A stretch of 64,000 nucleotides of DNA. It comes from Candidatus Latescibacterota bacterium (lineage in GTDB: Bacteria > Latescibacterota > UBA2968 > UBA8231). Under the pieces are notes generated by a model, which saw nothing but the letters and a program-made list of their open reading frames with translations, searched no databases and was not told the origin of the DNA. The stretch spans positions 1,312,001 to 1,376,000 of the forward strand of contig OZ253462.1 of the NCBI GenBank assembly GCA_965261395.1, in the 5' to 3' direction. Positions 27,232 to 42,699 of the stretch are shown piece by piece (position 1 is the first letter of the stretch; every line of letters starts with the position of its first letter). A program made the position numbers and the translations under genes.

Positions 27232-28395
27232 TCAAGAGTACGCCAAGTAGCGGCGGCGGATAGCGTCAAAGGCTTGGCACGCCTCGGCCCAAGCGGCCTG
27301 CAACTCGGCGACAGTCGCGCCCGCATCGAGTGCACGACGGATCTGGTCAGTACCAGCGAGGCGGTCAAAGTTGTGGATGCCACCGGCGGGCACGCGCCAA
27401 GCGAATTCGCTCGGATAGAGCCGACGCACGGCCGCGAGTGCCTCAAAGCCAGCGCCGACAGGCTCGAAGGCCGCGCGATCGAGGACGTGAACTTGGACGC
27501 CCTCGCAGGTCGCGCCCGCGTACTTGCTGGCCGTCGGCTGGAAAAACGTCGGGCGGAAGCCCACCCCAGGCAGCGCTCGGCTGTTGAGCGCGTCGGCTAG
27601 GCGCGCCCCGTCGATAAACGGCGCGCCAAACTGTTCAAAAGGCTTGGCCGTCCCCCGTCCTTCAGACACGTTGGTCCCCTCGAAGAAGCAGGTTCCCGGA
27701 TAGATCACCGCCGTCTCCGGGCTGGGCATGTTGGGCGACGGCGGCACCCACGGCAGGCCGGTGTCATCCCAGTAAAAGGAGCGTTGCCAGCCCTCCATGG
27801 CGACGATGTGCAGATCCGCGCCGATGCCGTATTCCTCGTTGAAGAGGCGGGCGAGTTCGCCGATGGTCAGGCCGTAGCGCACTGGGATCGGGTACTGCCC
27901 GACGAAAGAGGCAAACGCCGGGTCGAGACAATTTCCGCCGATGGCTTGGCCGCCAATGGGGTTGGGGCGGTCGAGGACGAGGAAGGGGATGCCCGCTTGG
28001 GCGCAGGCGGCCATGCTCAGGCTCATGGTGTAGAGATAGGTGTAAAAACGCGCGCCGACGTCTTGGATGTCAAAGAGCATCAGCTCGACGCCCGCGAGCA
28101 TGGCCGCGTCCGGTGCCCGCGCTTGGCCGTAGAGACTGTAGGTTGGTACGCCGGTGCGTTCATCGGTGGAATGGGCGATGTGCTCGCCGTCCTGCGCTGC
28201 GCCGCGAATCCCGTGCTCCGGCCCGTACAATGCGACGAGCGTACAGAGCTCGGATTGGTGCAAGCGGTCCGCAGTGGACTGCAGGCGGGCATCGACTCCT
28301 GAGTGATTGGTAATCAGGCCGACGCGTCGTCCGCGGATGCGGATCAGGTCAGCGTCCGCGAGCAGGCGTTCGCACCCGAGGACGACGCGACTCAT
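27232..28395 (-). CDS. Exo-beta-N-acetylmuramidase NamZ family (DUF1343)
   Basis: GLITNHSG, PEHGIRG, DIQDVGARFYTY, LDRPNP, WVPPSPNMP; ATG 28395 is coupled to the upstream stop. Confidence 0.9.
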   Translation of the reverse strand: MSRVVLGCERLLADADLIRIRGRRVGLITNHSGVDARLQSTADRLHQSELCTLVALYGPEHGIRGAAQDGEHIAHSTDERTGVPTYSLYGQARAPDAAMLAGVELMLFDIQDVGARFYTYLYTMSLSMAACAQAGIPFLVLDRPNPIGGQAIGGNCLDPAFASFVGQYPIPVRYGLTIGELARLFNEEYGIGADLHIVAMEGWQRSFYWDDTGLPWVPPSPNMPSPETAVIYPGTCFFEGTNVSEGRGTAKPFEQFGAPFIDGARLADALNSRALPGVGFRPTFFQPTASKYAGATCEGVQVHVLDRAAFEPVGAGFEALAAVRRLYPSEFAWRVPAGGIHNFDRLAGTDQIRRALDAGATVAELQAAWAEACQAFDAIRRRYLAYS

Positions 28396-29432
28396 CGGGC
28401 TGCACCTGGCTCGGGCACGAGCGCGGAGGCGCGCTGGACGCGGCGAGCAAAATACTGGTAGAGAACGCTGCCTGGATAGACCCCGTCGCGTGCGACTGCT
28501 GCGCCGCGGATAGCTTGGCTCTGGCGGCGGCGGCGATAGATGTTGCGCGGATGCGCGAGGCACCAGAGCAAAGCGGCACAAGGGGCTGGGGCGCTGGACC
28601 ATCGACCTCGGCGGAGGTAGTAGAGCACGGCCAACACCTCCAACCACAGGCGCAAAGGCAGCAGCCACAGCAGGCGGCTTAGCCTTTCGTTTTTGCACAG
28701 CGTGATTAGACTGTTGCGGTGGTTGAAGTACGTCTTGCGGAAGGTGGCCGGGGGTTGGGAAAAGCCCGAGTGGTGAAAAACCACGGATTGCGGCACGGCG
28801 CGGATCTGGTAGCCAGCGAGTTGGAGACGCCAGCACAAGTCGATTTCCTCAAAGTGCATGAAGTACTCGGGGTCGAAAAATCCAACTTGGCGCACCGCGG
28901 AGACGCGGAGAAAGAGGGCTGCGCCGCAGGCCCAAAAGAGCGGTACGGACGCATCGTATTGCCCCTCGTCGCGCTCGCAGCGATCGAAGAGCCGCCCCCG
29001 ACAAAAGGCGTACCCCAAAGCGTCGATATAGCCACCGGCCCCGCCTCCGTAGTCGAAGTACTCGGGCGCGCTGGCCGAGCGCAGCTTGGGCTGACAGGCG
29101 GCGATCTGGGGGTTGCTATCGGCCATGGCGACGAGGGGGCCGAGCCAGTTCGGCTCGACGTGGGTGTCGTCGTTGAGCAGCACGGCGTAGCGGGTGTGGG
29201 CGGCCGCCAAGCCGCGATTGCAGGCTGCGGCAAACCCGAGATTGCGCTCGTTGCGCAAGATCGCTAGCTCGGGGAAGGCGGCTTTGGCCCGCTGCAAGCT
29301 CGGCGCGTTGCCGCCGTCGTCAACGACGAGTACACAGACGGGATAATCGCTGTGCGCATAAATCGAGGCCACGCAATCGTAGAGCACGTCTGCGCGGTAG
29401 TGCGGGATGACGACAGTGACGGCCTCGGTCAT
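28392..29432 (-). CDS. Glycosyltransferase family 2
   Basis: VVDDGG, NLGFAAACN, LLNDD, EEIDLCWR. Confidence 0.92.
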   Translation of the reverse strand: MTEAVTVVIPHYRADVLYDCVASIYAHSDYPVCVLVVDDGGNAPSLQRAKAAFPELAILRNERNLGFAAACNRGLAAAHTRYAVLLNDDTHVEPNWLGPLVAMADSNPQIAACQPKLRSASAPEYFDYGGGAGGYIDALGYAFCRGRLFDRCERDEGQYDASVPLFWACGAALFLRVSAVRQVGFFDPEYFMHFEEIDLCWRLQLAGYQIRAVPQSVVFHHSGFSQPPATFRKTYFNHRNSLITLCKNERLSRLLWLLPLRLWLEVLAVLYYLRRGRWSSAPAPCAALLWCLAHPRNIYRRRRQSQAIRGAAVARDGVYPGSVLYQYFARRVQRASALVPEPGAAR

Positions 29433-32005
29433 GGAGCGGCAGACTGGCGGAGGATGCGCTCGGCCTCGACCAACTCCGGCCGCTCGCCGTATTGCTCTTT
29501 GTACTGCTGGAGGATGGCCAATGCCCCGGGAACATCGCCCTTGGCCTGGCGGGCGGCAGCCAACTCGTAGTAGCCCTCCCAGCGGGCCGGAGCGAGGGCG
29601 ATGGCTTGGTGATAGAGACCTTCGGCGCGATCGTAGGCCGAGTAGGGTTCTTGGATCATCACCCCGATCAGTGCGATGATATTGTCGTAGGTGGCGGCCG
29701 GCTCAACGCCCACGCGCTCGATGAGGAACCGAGCGGCCTCGTAAATGTGCTCGGTCGCTACCTCGTGCTGGCCGAGCTCAGTGAAGTAATCGGCCGCCGC
29801 ATAGTGGTTTTCCCAGCTCAGGTAGATATTGTCCCGCGCCCACTGCATCAGTTGCGGCACCTCGGCTCTGCGTCCCTGCTCCTCGTAGCTGCGGGACAAT
29901 TGCAAGACGCAAGCCCAGTAGTTGCCCAAGAGGCGCTCGGAATTTTCGTCCTTGTACAAGGACGGGTCATTGAGGCCGCGGAAGCGATATTTCTCAAGGA
30001 GATTGTGCTCTAGGGCCTCGTCATCTACTCCATCTGTAGGCTCGGGCGAGACTTTTACGCTCATGCCGACCATCGTCAAATAGGGGTCGAGGTTGAGCAG
30101 GTTGCTGGTGGGAACGGTGATGGCAAAGTGGATGGGCTTTTTCCACTCGTTCCAGGCCAGAATTTTGATGACCATGACGTCTTGGACGCGGAGGATCGGG
30201 TACTCGGGATGAGCGCTCACTTCTACGTCAATGCCCAGTTTCTTTAGCTCCGGCGGCACCTTGGGCTCGGGCCAGTATCGTTTGTAGAAATCGACCATCT
30301 GCGTGTCGGTGAGCACGGAGTCGATGAAGTCATCGGTGTAGCGGATGTCGATGCGCGGCTCGCGGTCGCGCAGTTGCTTGATGTACCAGCCGGTGTTCAA
30401 CAAACTCAAGTTGACCACCCGCACATCGCGACGCACCCCTTCTACCTCCTGCAAGAACCACAGCGGAAAGGTGTCGTTGTCCCCATTGGTGAACAGGATG
30501 GAGCCTTCCTCGCAGCTAGTCAGCATGTTGTGCGCGTAGTCATAGGCGATAAAGTCGCCCGTGCGGTCTTCCACGTGATAGAGCCGCGCCGCCACCCCGG
30601 CCGGCAGCAACAACCCGGCCGCTGCCACTGCTATCACGACCGCCCGATGCCGCCCCCACTGCTGCCGCACCGCCTCGACCACGCCCAACCAGCCCAACCC
30701 GATCCACAGCGCGAACGCCAAGTACATTCCCCCAAATACGTAGTGCCGCTCGCGCGGCTGCGGGTCTGGCATGTTCAGGTAGAGCGACAGCCCAAACCCC
30801 ATAATCAAAAACAGTAGCAACACCCCCCCGAACCGCCGCCAGTCCCGCCGCCCGTGCCAAAACAGCCCCCACAGCCCCAGCCCGTACGGTACCAGCGAAA
30901 TGGACACCGGATCCGGCACGTTTATGGTGGCCTTGCGGAACACCTCGACCCGCTCCAAAAGCGGAAAGGGAAACTGCTGAAAGAAGTACTTCATCTGCTG
31001 ATCCCAGAACTGATAGGCGCGGCTCGCCCGCGCCGTCAGCATGGTCGTCAGCATACTCTCAGTGCCGTATTGCTCGCGGTTGAGGAACTTGAGGAACGCC
31101 GCCCAAGTCTCTGGATCGTTCTCGTCGATGGCCGGATTCAAGCCGGAGCGAATGTACAACGCACCATACGTGGAATAGCCCAACCCGAACAGCACGAGGA
31201 CGCCTAGCAGCAAAACGAACAGCCGCCGGTCGCGGCCGTACAGGTACGCCAGCACCCCCGCCAGCCCCAGCCCCAGCACCCCGTTCGAGCCAGCCCCCGG
31301 CCCCAATGCCACCAGCCCCAGCCCACTGACCACGCCCCAGCCGACTAGCAGCACGATCAGCCGTTGCAACTGGCGGTCGGCAAACCACGCCAGCAGCATA
31401 AGCGATGGAATCGTCAACAGACACAACAGGTGCACGCCGCCGCCGAGGCCGAATAAATAGGCCAGCGCCAATAGCCAGCGGTCGTTGGCCGCCCCAGCGC
31501 CGCTGCCTTCCCAGTAGAGAATCAGCCACAGCCCCAGACACGTAAACAAGATGGAGTAGCCGTACACCTCGGCTTCGGAGGCATTGTACCACTGGGTGTA
31601 GGAGAACGCCAACGTCAGCGCGGCCACGGCCCCACCGGCGAGGACGCCGATGTCGCGGGCGTCGCCTAGCGGTTGCAGGGGCTGGCCGCCCAAGGCCCGC
31701 CGCCCCAGCGCAACAGTCGATAGATAGACGCACCAAATAGCCAGCGCGGAGGTCAGCGCGGACATGAAGTTGACGCGGATGGCGACTTCGCCGATGGGGA
31801 ACAAGGTGAAGACCCGCCCCAACAGCACGTACAAAGAAGCGCCCGGAGGATGGGGCACGCCGAGGATATAGGACGTGGCGATGAACTCGCCGCAGTCCCA
31901 AAACGACACAGTTGGCGCGAGAGTCTTCACGTACACGCCCAACGTCAGCACGAAAATCCCCACCCCGAAAACCCGGTGGACTACAGCGGAATTAGGCATT
32001 GGCAT
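29429..32005 (-). CDS. DUF2723 / GT117 (TMEM260-like) membrane glycosyltransferase with C-terminal TPR
   Basis: SFWDCGEFI...LGVPHPPG, EAEVY, FTNGDNDTFPLW. Confidence 0.88.
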   Translation of the reverse strand: MPMPNSAVVHRVFGVGIFVLTLGVYVKTLAPTVSFWDCGEFIATSYILGVPHPPGASLYVLLGRVFTLFPIGEVAIRVNFMSALTSALAIWCVYLSTVALGRRALGGQPLQPLGDARDIGVLAGGAVAALTLAFSYTQWYNASEAEVYGYSILFTCLGLWLILYWEGSGAGAANDRWLLALAYLFGLGGGVHLLCLLTIPSLMLLAWFADRQLQRLIVLLVGWGVVSGLGLVALGPGAGSNGVLGLGLAGVLAYLYGRDRRLFVLLLGVLVLFGLGYSTYGALYIRSGLNPAIDENDPETWAAFLKFLNREQYGTESMLTTMLTARASRAYQFWDQQMKYFFQQFPFPLLERVEVFRKATINVPDPVSISLVPYGLGLWGLFWHGRRDWRRFGGVLLLFLIMGFGLSLYLNMPDPQPRERHYVFGGMYLAFALWIGLGWLGVVEAVRQQWGRHRAVVIAVAAAGLLLPAGVAARLYHVEDRTGDFIAYDYAHNMLTSCEEGSILFTNGDNDTFPLWFLQEVEGVRRDVRVVNLSLLNTGWYIKQLRDREPRIDIRYTDDFIDSVLTDTQMVDFYKRYWPEPKVPPELKKLGIDVEVSAHPEYPILRVQDVMVIKILAWNEWKKPIHFAITVPTSNLLNLDPYLTMVGMSVKVSPEPTDGVDDEALEHNLLEKYRFRGLNDPSLYKDENSERLLGNYWACVLQLSRSYEEQGRRAEVPQLMQWARDNIYLSWENHYAAADYFTELGQHEVATEHIYEAARFLIERVGVEPAATYDNIIALIGVMIQEPYSAYDRAEGLYHQAIALAPARWEGYYELAAARQAKGDVPGALAILQQYKEQYGERPELVEAERILRQSAAP

Positions 32006-32074
32006 GGTCTTAGGTGAATGCGCGGATAAACGATCTATTAAATATATAAGATAGGTAAAAGGCCGCCGACCGCC

Positions 32075-32724
32075 CTAGCCCACCAATTCGGCTGTACCCC
32101 AAGTGCTCGGATCGCGTTCAACGCCCATGTCCGAGATCAACGACCAAGACTGGGTGCCGTGCTGCGAGTCGTGCAATAGGTACGCAAACCCCACCCGGCT
32201 GAACTCCCTCGGCGCAAAACCATTGAGGCCCGCGGCCGGTAGTTTGATCTCTAACTGATAGCTCCGCTTGAGCCGGCGCAAGCCGGTCTTAATCGAGTCT
32301 TCCGGGCAGGGCGGTGCCTGTTCGCGGGCGTCTTCAATGGAAGTCTGGCGGGCGATGGGTTGCTTGCCGTCCTTGCCGCTGCCGCCGGGCAAGACGTAAA
32401 AGCGGTGGCAGAAGCGGTTGGCGCGGTGCTCCTTGACGTCGCGGGTGTCGATGAACAGTTCGAGGCTGTCGCCGGCAGCAGGTTGCAGCGGGTTGAGTTT
32501 GTAGGTCGTCTTGCTCTTGACCTCGCAGGCAAAGTACAGGCCGCTGTCGTCGTAGGCCATATAGACCGAGGCAAAGGGCTGTTGGCCATCGACGGCCATC
32601 AGGTCGGGCACGCGCTCTGTGTCGTCCCAATCGCGTAAGTTGCCGTCGATCTTGGGCGGCTTCTGCCGCCGCGGGCAGCGAAAGGAAAACTCGAAAAAGG
32701 CGCGTTGGGGCAGGTACAACTCGC

Positions 32725-32728
<4 letters not shown>
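32075..32728 (-). CDS. CBM9/DOMON-like sugar-binding domain protein
   Basis: PKIDGNLRDW, AYDDSGLYF, DSLELFIDT; ATGA overlap with the uvrA stop. Confidence 0.7.
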
Positions 32729-38394
<5,666 letters not shown>

Positions 38395-38436
38395 GACTCC
38401 ATGTAGCGCGGCAAAGGGAGGGGAACGAAAGCAGAG

Positions 38437-38465
38437 AATATACTATACGGATGTGCAGCGGGCAA
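38437..38465 (-). promoter_or_regulatory. Putative sigma70 promoter of uvrA
   Basis: TTGCCC-17bp-TATATT on the minus strand. Confidence 0.55.
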
Positions 38466-38496
38466 GCGGGGGAGTGCAGAATGAAGCGTGGGGGTT

Positions 38497-39735
38497 TTAG
38501 CGATGCGTTGAGGGAGCAGGACGTCGCTTGCGAATTTCCGTCCTTTCGCCGAATCCTGTGAGCAGGCCCTGTTCCCATAGATAGCCGGCTTTATCTCCGG
38601 CCTCCATTTGGCCTCTGCTTAGTGGGTCTGCGGCGAAGGGGGCAATGACCGATGTGCCGTCGATTTTCTCTATGTAGTACAGGTTTTCTAGCGGTATGGC
38701 GTTTAAAAACTGCGGCGAGTGCGTGAAGACGAACACCTGTCCGCCTCTATGGGCGTACTCTGCAAATTCTTCTGCAAGCAAATTCATCAGTAGTGGATAT
38801 AGATAGTTTTCAGGCTCTTCGACACAGAGAATTTTGTGTGGTTTAGGCTCGTGCAACAGCAACATGTAAGCGAACATTTTGATGGTGCCATCGGAGACAT
38901 TGAAGTCCAAAAAAGGTTCTATGAACGAGCCGTCAGCATAGCGGATTAGCAGGCTCCCGTCGTCGCCGATTTTGGCTTCAATATTCGAGACGCCCGGTAC
39001 CCTGTCGCGCATTTTTTGTAGGACTGTCGCAAAAATATCCGGATGTTCCTCTTTTAACTGGAAAGCGACGGAAGGTAGGTTATCCCCCGAACTGGAGAGA
39101 TGAAGGCCCTCTTGATGGCTCTTCTTACCGCGTGCTTGGCTAATGTGAAAGTCCGAAATATGCCAGTTTTCTATTAAGTCGCGGAATGCTTTCGCCGCCT
39201 TGAAACGCTCCAGTTGCCCGAGGCTGCTAATCGCCAATACGTCAGGGGCAACCGCTTGTTCTTCCCGCGTGAGTTCGGCGTCGGGTTTGCTAAAATCTTC
39301 TTCGTTGCTGACGGCTTCGCCTCGGCCTGCGGAGAAGTCGAGAAAGTGAAAAGGCTTGCCATAAGAGGATCGTTTATAGCGCAGTATTTCGCGGCGCACG
39401 AGCGGTTTTCCATCCTGTAAGCCTATTTCCAAGCGGTAGGTTACAAGGCGCTCTTTTTCTGCTATCGTCAAGCGAAACTTAAGTTCGATGATGATGCTTT
39501 CCGTGGCGTCCACATTGCGCGTAATAACTTCCCTGAACCCTCTGAAGCCACCTTCGTTTTGCAACGCGATGCGGACATTGTCAGACAAACAGTTTTTCAG
39601 GAACGCAAAGACGCGAAACAAGGTGGTTTTGCCGGTTCCGTTTTTGCCGATAAACACTGCTAGTGCAGGCAGGTTTTTCAGATGAATGTCTTTTAACGCC
39701 TTAAAGTTTTGGATGCGAATTTCTTTGATGATCAC
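38497..39735 (-). CDS. ABC-type AAA ATPase (AAA_21/AAA_15-like)
   Basis: [38 protein letters not shown]; GTG start at 39735. Confidence 0.88.
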   Translation of the reverse strand: MIIKEIRIQNFKALKDIHLKNLPALAVFIGKNGTGKTTLFRVFAFLKNCLSDNVRIALQNEGGFRGFREVITRNVDATESIIIELKFRLTIAEKERLVTYRLEIGLQDGKPLVRREILRYKRSSYGKPFHFLDFSAGRGEAVSNEEDFSKPDAELTREEQAVAPDVLAISSLGQLERFKAAKAFRDLIENWHISDFHISQARGKKSHQEGLHLSSSGDNLPSVAFQLKEEHPDIFATVLQKMRDRVPGVSNIEAKIGDDGSLLIRYADGSFIEPFLDFNVSDGTIKMFAYMLLLHEPKPHKILCVEEPENYLYPLLMNLLAEEFAEYAHRGGQVFVFTHSPQFLNAIPLENLYYIEKIDGTSVIAPFAADPLSRGQMEAGDKAGYLWEQGLLTGFGERTEIRKRRPAPSTHR

Positions 39736-39764
39736 GGCAATGCTCCCGTTAGATTTAGTACGTT

Positions 39765-40580
39765 CTAATCGTCGTCCGAGTCGTCGATCGAGAAGTGTGT
39801 CTTGAGGCCGAGGAGTTCGGTGGTCGAGTCGAGGAGCTTCAGATGGGTGAGGAACCATTCTTGCCCGGCACCGCGTTCTGAGTTTCTGAGGTGACCAGAG
39901 TCATTCAAACGGCGATGAATTTTCCTTTCAACTTCCGCTATGTCTATGCCGTTTGAGCCGACGTATATCCGCAGCAAGATGGGCGGTTCGGGAAGTGCTG
40001 TGCTTCCTCGCTGCTGCCGGAACCGCTTAATGGCGTTTTTTTCGGACATGCCCACTTTTAAGTACGTCCGGTCGTCTGTTTCGTCGTTTTCGGAAGTCTC
40101 GACTGGATAGCGGAGATAGTGCGGCAGCGCGTACACGTATATTCCCGGCACCGCCTCTTTTTCAGCGGCACTCGTTTGGCGCTCGAGTTTTTGTTCTTCC
40201 TCTGCCCGTTTTGCTGGATCCTTCGCACGACGATCGCACTCGGCTACCCGCTTCTCAATCTCCATGATAGTTGCAGGGGAAAGGTGCTCTTGGTGGCGTT
40301 CTACAAAACCTCGCAGCTCCTGAGCGTAACGTTGAAGTCGAGATAGAGGCAGAATCTCCACCCTAAAGGTATCTACAATTGCTTTTATATAGCGCCGAGT
40401 GCCGTAGACAACTCCCGTTGTCTTAACGTTCAGCTCCTTCTTGATCTCTTCTTCACTCACTCCCTTCTGACTAAGCCGCCATACCACACCGAGCCTCGTT
40501 TCGTCCTCACTAAGCGCCCTCTCGACTTCCTCCCGATACGTATCGCTTCCAGACTCTGGCTGTGTCAATTCATTGGCCAT
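39765..40580 (-). CDS. GIY-YIG superfamily T5orf172-domain protein with helical N-terminus
   Basis: GIYVY...YLKVGMS...KRFRQQ...PEPP...VERKIHRRL...GQEWF. Confidence 0.8.
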   Translation of the reverse strand: MANELTQPESGSDTYREEVERALSEDETRLGVVWRLSQKGVSEEEIKKELNVKTTGVVYGTRRYIKAIVDTFRVEILPLSRLQRYAQELRGFVERHQEHLSPATIMEIEKRVAECDRRAKDPAKRAEEEQKLERQTSAAEKEAVPGIYVYALPHYLRYPVETSENDETDDRTYLKVGMSEKNAIKRFRQQRGSTALPEPPILLRIYVGSNGIDIAEVERKIHRRLNDSGHLRNSERGAGQEWFLTHLKLLDSTTELLGLKTHFSIDDSDDD

Positions 40581-40666
40581 GAATCCCTTCTTTATCCTTT
40601 TAATTTTCGGCCTCTTCGCCTCGTAATATAGGCGCACAAGAGCAGTCCGGCCAATTGTGCGGTCGC

Positions 40667-40796
40667 TTGAGGCTCCCTTTTCGTCTGCGTATAATGACCG
40701 CTCGGTAATTCAGTAAAATCAATTGTTTATCACTCAAGAGGAGTTGCGAAAATGATTCAATTAGGGGCCAATTCGGTGCTCTTTGCAGGATTCGAT
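40667..40796 (+). repeat. Diverged copy of the isomerase promoter, RBS and first 15 codons (41815-41943)
   Basis: TTGAGG-17-TATAAT...gaggag...ATGATTCAATTAGGGGCCAATTCGGTGCTCTTTGCAGGATTCGAT. Confidence 0.9.
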
Positions 40797-40801
40797 ATAG
40801 A

Positions 40802-41079
40802 GTTGGCTCCTGATAGGAGATGCCGCAGGCCGTGCAGTCGAAGCGGTTGCTGAGCAGGAAGTCGGAGGCTCCTTCGCGGGCGACGATAAAAATCCCCTGC
40901 CCGAGGCGTAGCGCGTTGTCAACGGCCTCTGCCAAGCGGCGGTCTTCCCGCTTGCGGAGAATCAAGCGATCAACCACGACTTCAATGTTATGGCCGCTGT
41001 ATCGGTCGAGCTGAGGGGCGCTGTCGAGGGTGAAAATACTATACGGATGTGCAGCGGGCAAGCGGTGGCGTGCAGAATG
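40802..41079 (-). pseudogene. uvrA fragment (copy of 37607-37839) joined to a copy of the uvrA promoter (38440-38483)
   Basis: IFTLDSAPQLDRYSGHNIEVVVDRLIL...CTACGISYQEPT versus the intact uvrA; 44-bp promoter copy at 41036-41079. Confidence 0.9.
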
Positions 41080-41145
41080 GGAAGACCCCTTCCAGTTCTA
41101 GCAGGATTTGTTGATCGATTATAATCTACAACTTATATTTCAAGG

Positions 41146-41478
41146 ATGGAAATCCTCTACTATACCACTGCTTCAGGCAATTCGCCGGTCAAGAAATTTG
41201 TCGAGGGATTATCTCAAAGCCTACAGGAGGATTTCCTCCTGGCACTCGATCGGTTGAGGCAGGGGGAAAGCTTGGAGATGCCGTTGAGCAAGCCGCTGTT
41301 CAATATTGCTCTCGGTTTACACGAACTGCGCTTCAAAGAACGGCGCAGTATCTATCGAGTTTTTTATTTTATCAAGCGCGGAGATGCAATTTATCTGGTT
41401 CATGCGCTCCCCAAAAAGACCGAAACCATTCCCGATAAGGATAGACGGCTGATTCTCAGAAGACTGAAGGAGATTTGA
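41146..41478 (+). CDS. RelE/ParE family (Gp49-like) toxin
   Basis: YTTASGNSPVKKF, MPLSKPL...GLHELR, YRVFYF, HALPKKT. Confidence 0.88.
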   Translation: MEILYYTTASGNSPVKKFVEGLSQSLQEDFLLALDRLRQGESLEMPLSKPLFNIALGLHELRFKERRSIYRVFYFIKRGDAIYLVHALPKKTETIPDKDRRLILRRLKEI

Positions 41479-41480
41479 AA

Positions 41481-41783
41481 ATGCCTTGGGAAAAGGTAAA
41501 CATTGAGCAATGGGCAGAGGAACTCGGCGTCAATATTAACGAACTACGCCAGAAAGAACAGCTCATCGAAAAGATCGTGAAGAGTAGAAAGCGATTTGGC
41601 TTGACGCAAGGCCAATTGGCCGAGATGGTCGGCGTCTCCCAACCGCGCATTGCCCAGATTGAAAATAGAACCAAGATCGGAAAAATTAGCTTCGATGTAC
41701 TTTTCAATATCCTCGGTGTCTTGGGGCATGATTTTAAAATCACTACACGTAAGGTGCGCGATCTCGAGAATGTAAATACGTAG
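41481..41783 (+). CDS. XRE-family HTH antitoxin
   Basis: GLTQGQLAEMVGVSQPRIAQIE; adjacent to the toxin. Confidence 0.88.
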   Translation: MPWEKVNIEQWAEELGVNINELRQKEQLIEKIVKSRKRFGLTQGQLAEMVGVSQPRIAQIENRTKIGKISFDVLFNILGVLGHDFKITTRKVRDLENVNT

Positions 41784-41814
41784 CGGTATACCCAGACCAA
41801 CAGCGTCTGGCCGA

Positions 41815-41843
41815 TTGACGCCCCTTTTTCGTCTGCGTATAAT
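41815..41843 (+). promoter_or_regulatory. Sigma70 promoter of the isomerase operon
   Basis: TTGACG-17bp-TATAAT. Confidence 0.8.
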
Positions 41844-41898
41844 GATCCCTCGGTAATCCAGTAAAATCAAGTGCTTATCACCCAAGAGGAGTTGTAAA

Positions 41899-42699
41899 AT
41901 GATTCATTTAGGAGCCAATTCGGTGCTCTTTGCAGGATTCGATTTGGAAACGGCGATGCGCCATATCCACCTCGCCGGATACGACGGCGTCGAGCTGGCG
42001 GCGATCAGGGGCATGTGCGAGCACTTGGAGTTGGACAACTGGCAGGCGCAGGCCAACCAGATCAAAGAGCTGGCGGAAAAATACGAGCTAAAATTGCTGG
42101 CGATGGAGGAAGCTGCGCTCGACGAAGAGCGGCTGATGCTGGCGTTTGCGGCTGGCGCTGAGATTAGCATTCCCGTCATCAACGTCGGCCCGGGGGGCAA
42201 AAGCGATGTGGAAGAAGATTTCGAGCGGCAGGTCGCGCTGTTGGCCAAAATGGCCGATAGGGCGCATGAACACGGCGTGACGCTGTGCGCTAAGGCGCAC
42301 GTGGGGCAGTGCATTTACGATACGCCGACCACGTTGCGGGCGATGGAGCGGATCGACTCGCCGGGGTTTGGGGTGGATATGGATCCGAGCCACATCCATC
42401 GGGCGGGGGAGAATACGGTAGAGGCGCTGGCGGCGGTTATTTCGCGAGTCAAGCACGTTCACATAAGGGATTGCGCTGTGGCAGAAGGCGGGCCGGGCGC
42501 GCCGGAGTTGCAGGCGTGCGGGCGGGGCAACATCGATTTGTTCGGGTACGTCAAGGTGCTGCACGAAGCTGGACTAGATGTGGCGGCTAACTTGGAAGTG
42601 ATTGGTGCCAAGGAATACGACTTGGGGCAGGTGGCGACGATTGCGGCGGAGAGCCGGGGATATTTGAACGCCTGCTTGCGGGCTTGCGGTGCCCGTTAG
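41899..42699 (+). CDS. Sugar phosphate isomerase/epimerase (xylose-isomerase-like TIM barrel)
   Basis: GYDGVEL, DMDPSH, HVHIRD, GRGNID. Confidence 0.85.
   Translation: MIHLGANSVLFAGFDLETAMRHIHLAGYDGVELAAIRGMCEHLELDNWQAQANQIKELAEKYELKLLAMEEAALDEERLMLAFAAGAEISIPVINVGPGGKSDVEEDFERQVALLAKMADRAHEHGVTLCAKAHVGQCIYDTPTTLRAMERIDSPGFGVDMDPSHIHRAGENTVEALAAVISRVKHVHIRDCAVAEGGPGAPELQACGRGNIDLFGYVKVLHEAGLDVAANLEVIGAKEYDLGQVATIAAESRGYLNACLRACGAR

Noticed and set aside
31260-31345. ccagcc/cccagc short tandem repeats in the DUF2723 gene
   Set aside because: They encode Gly/Leu-rich transmembrane sequence (GLGL); imperfect and in frame.
38444-38457. TGCAC-N4-GTATA in the uvrA promoter spacer as a Fibrobacter-type LexA box
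   Set aside because: The second half matches poorly and there is no independent instance in the window; needs a regulon-wide motif search.
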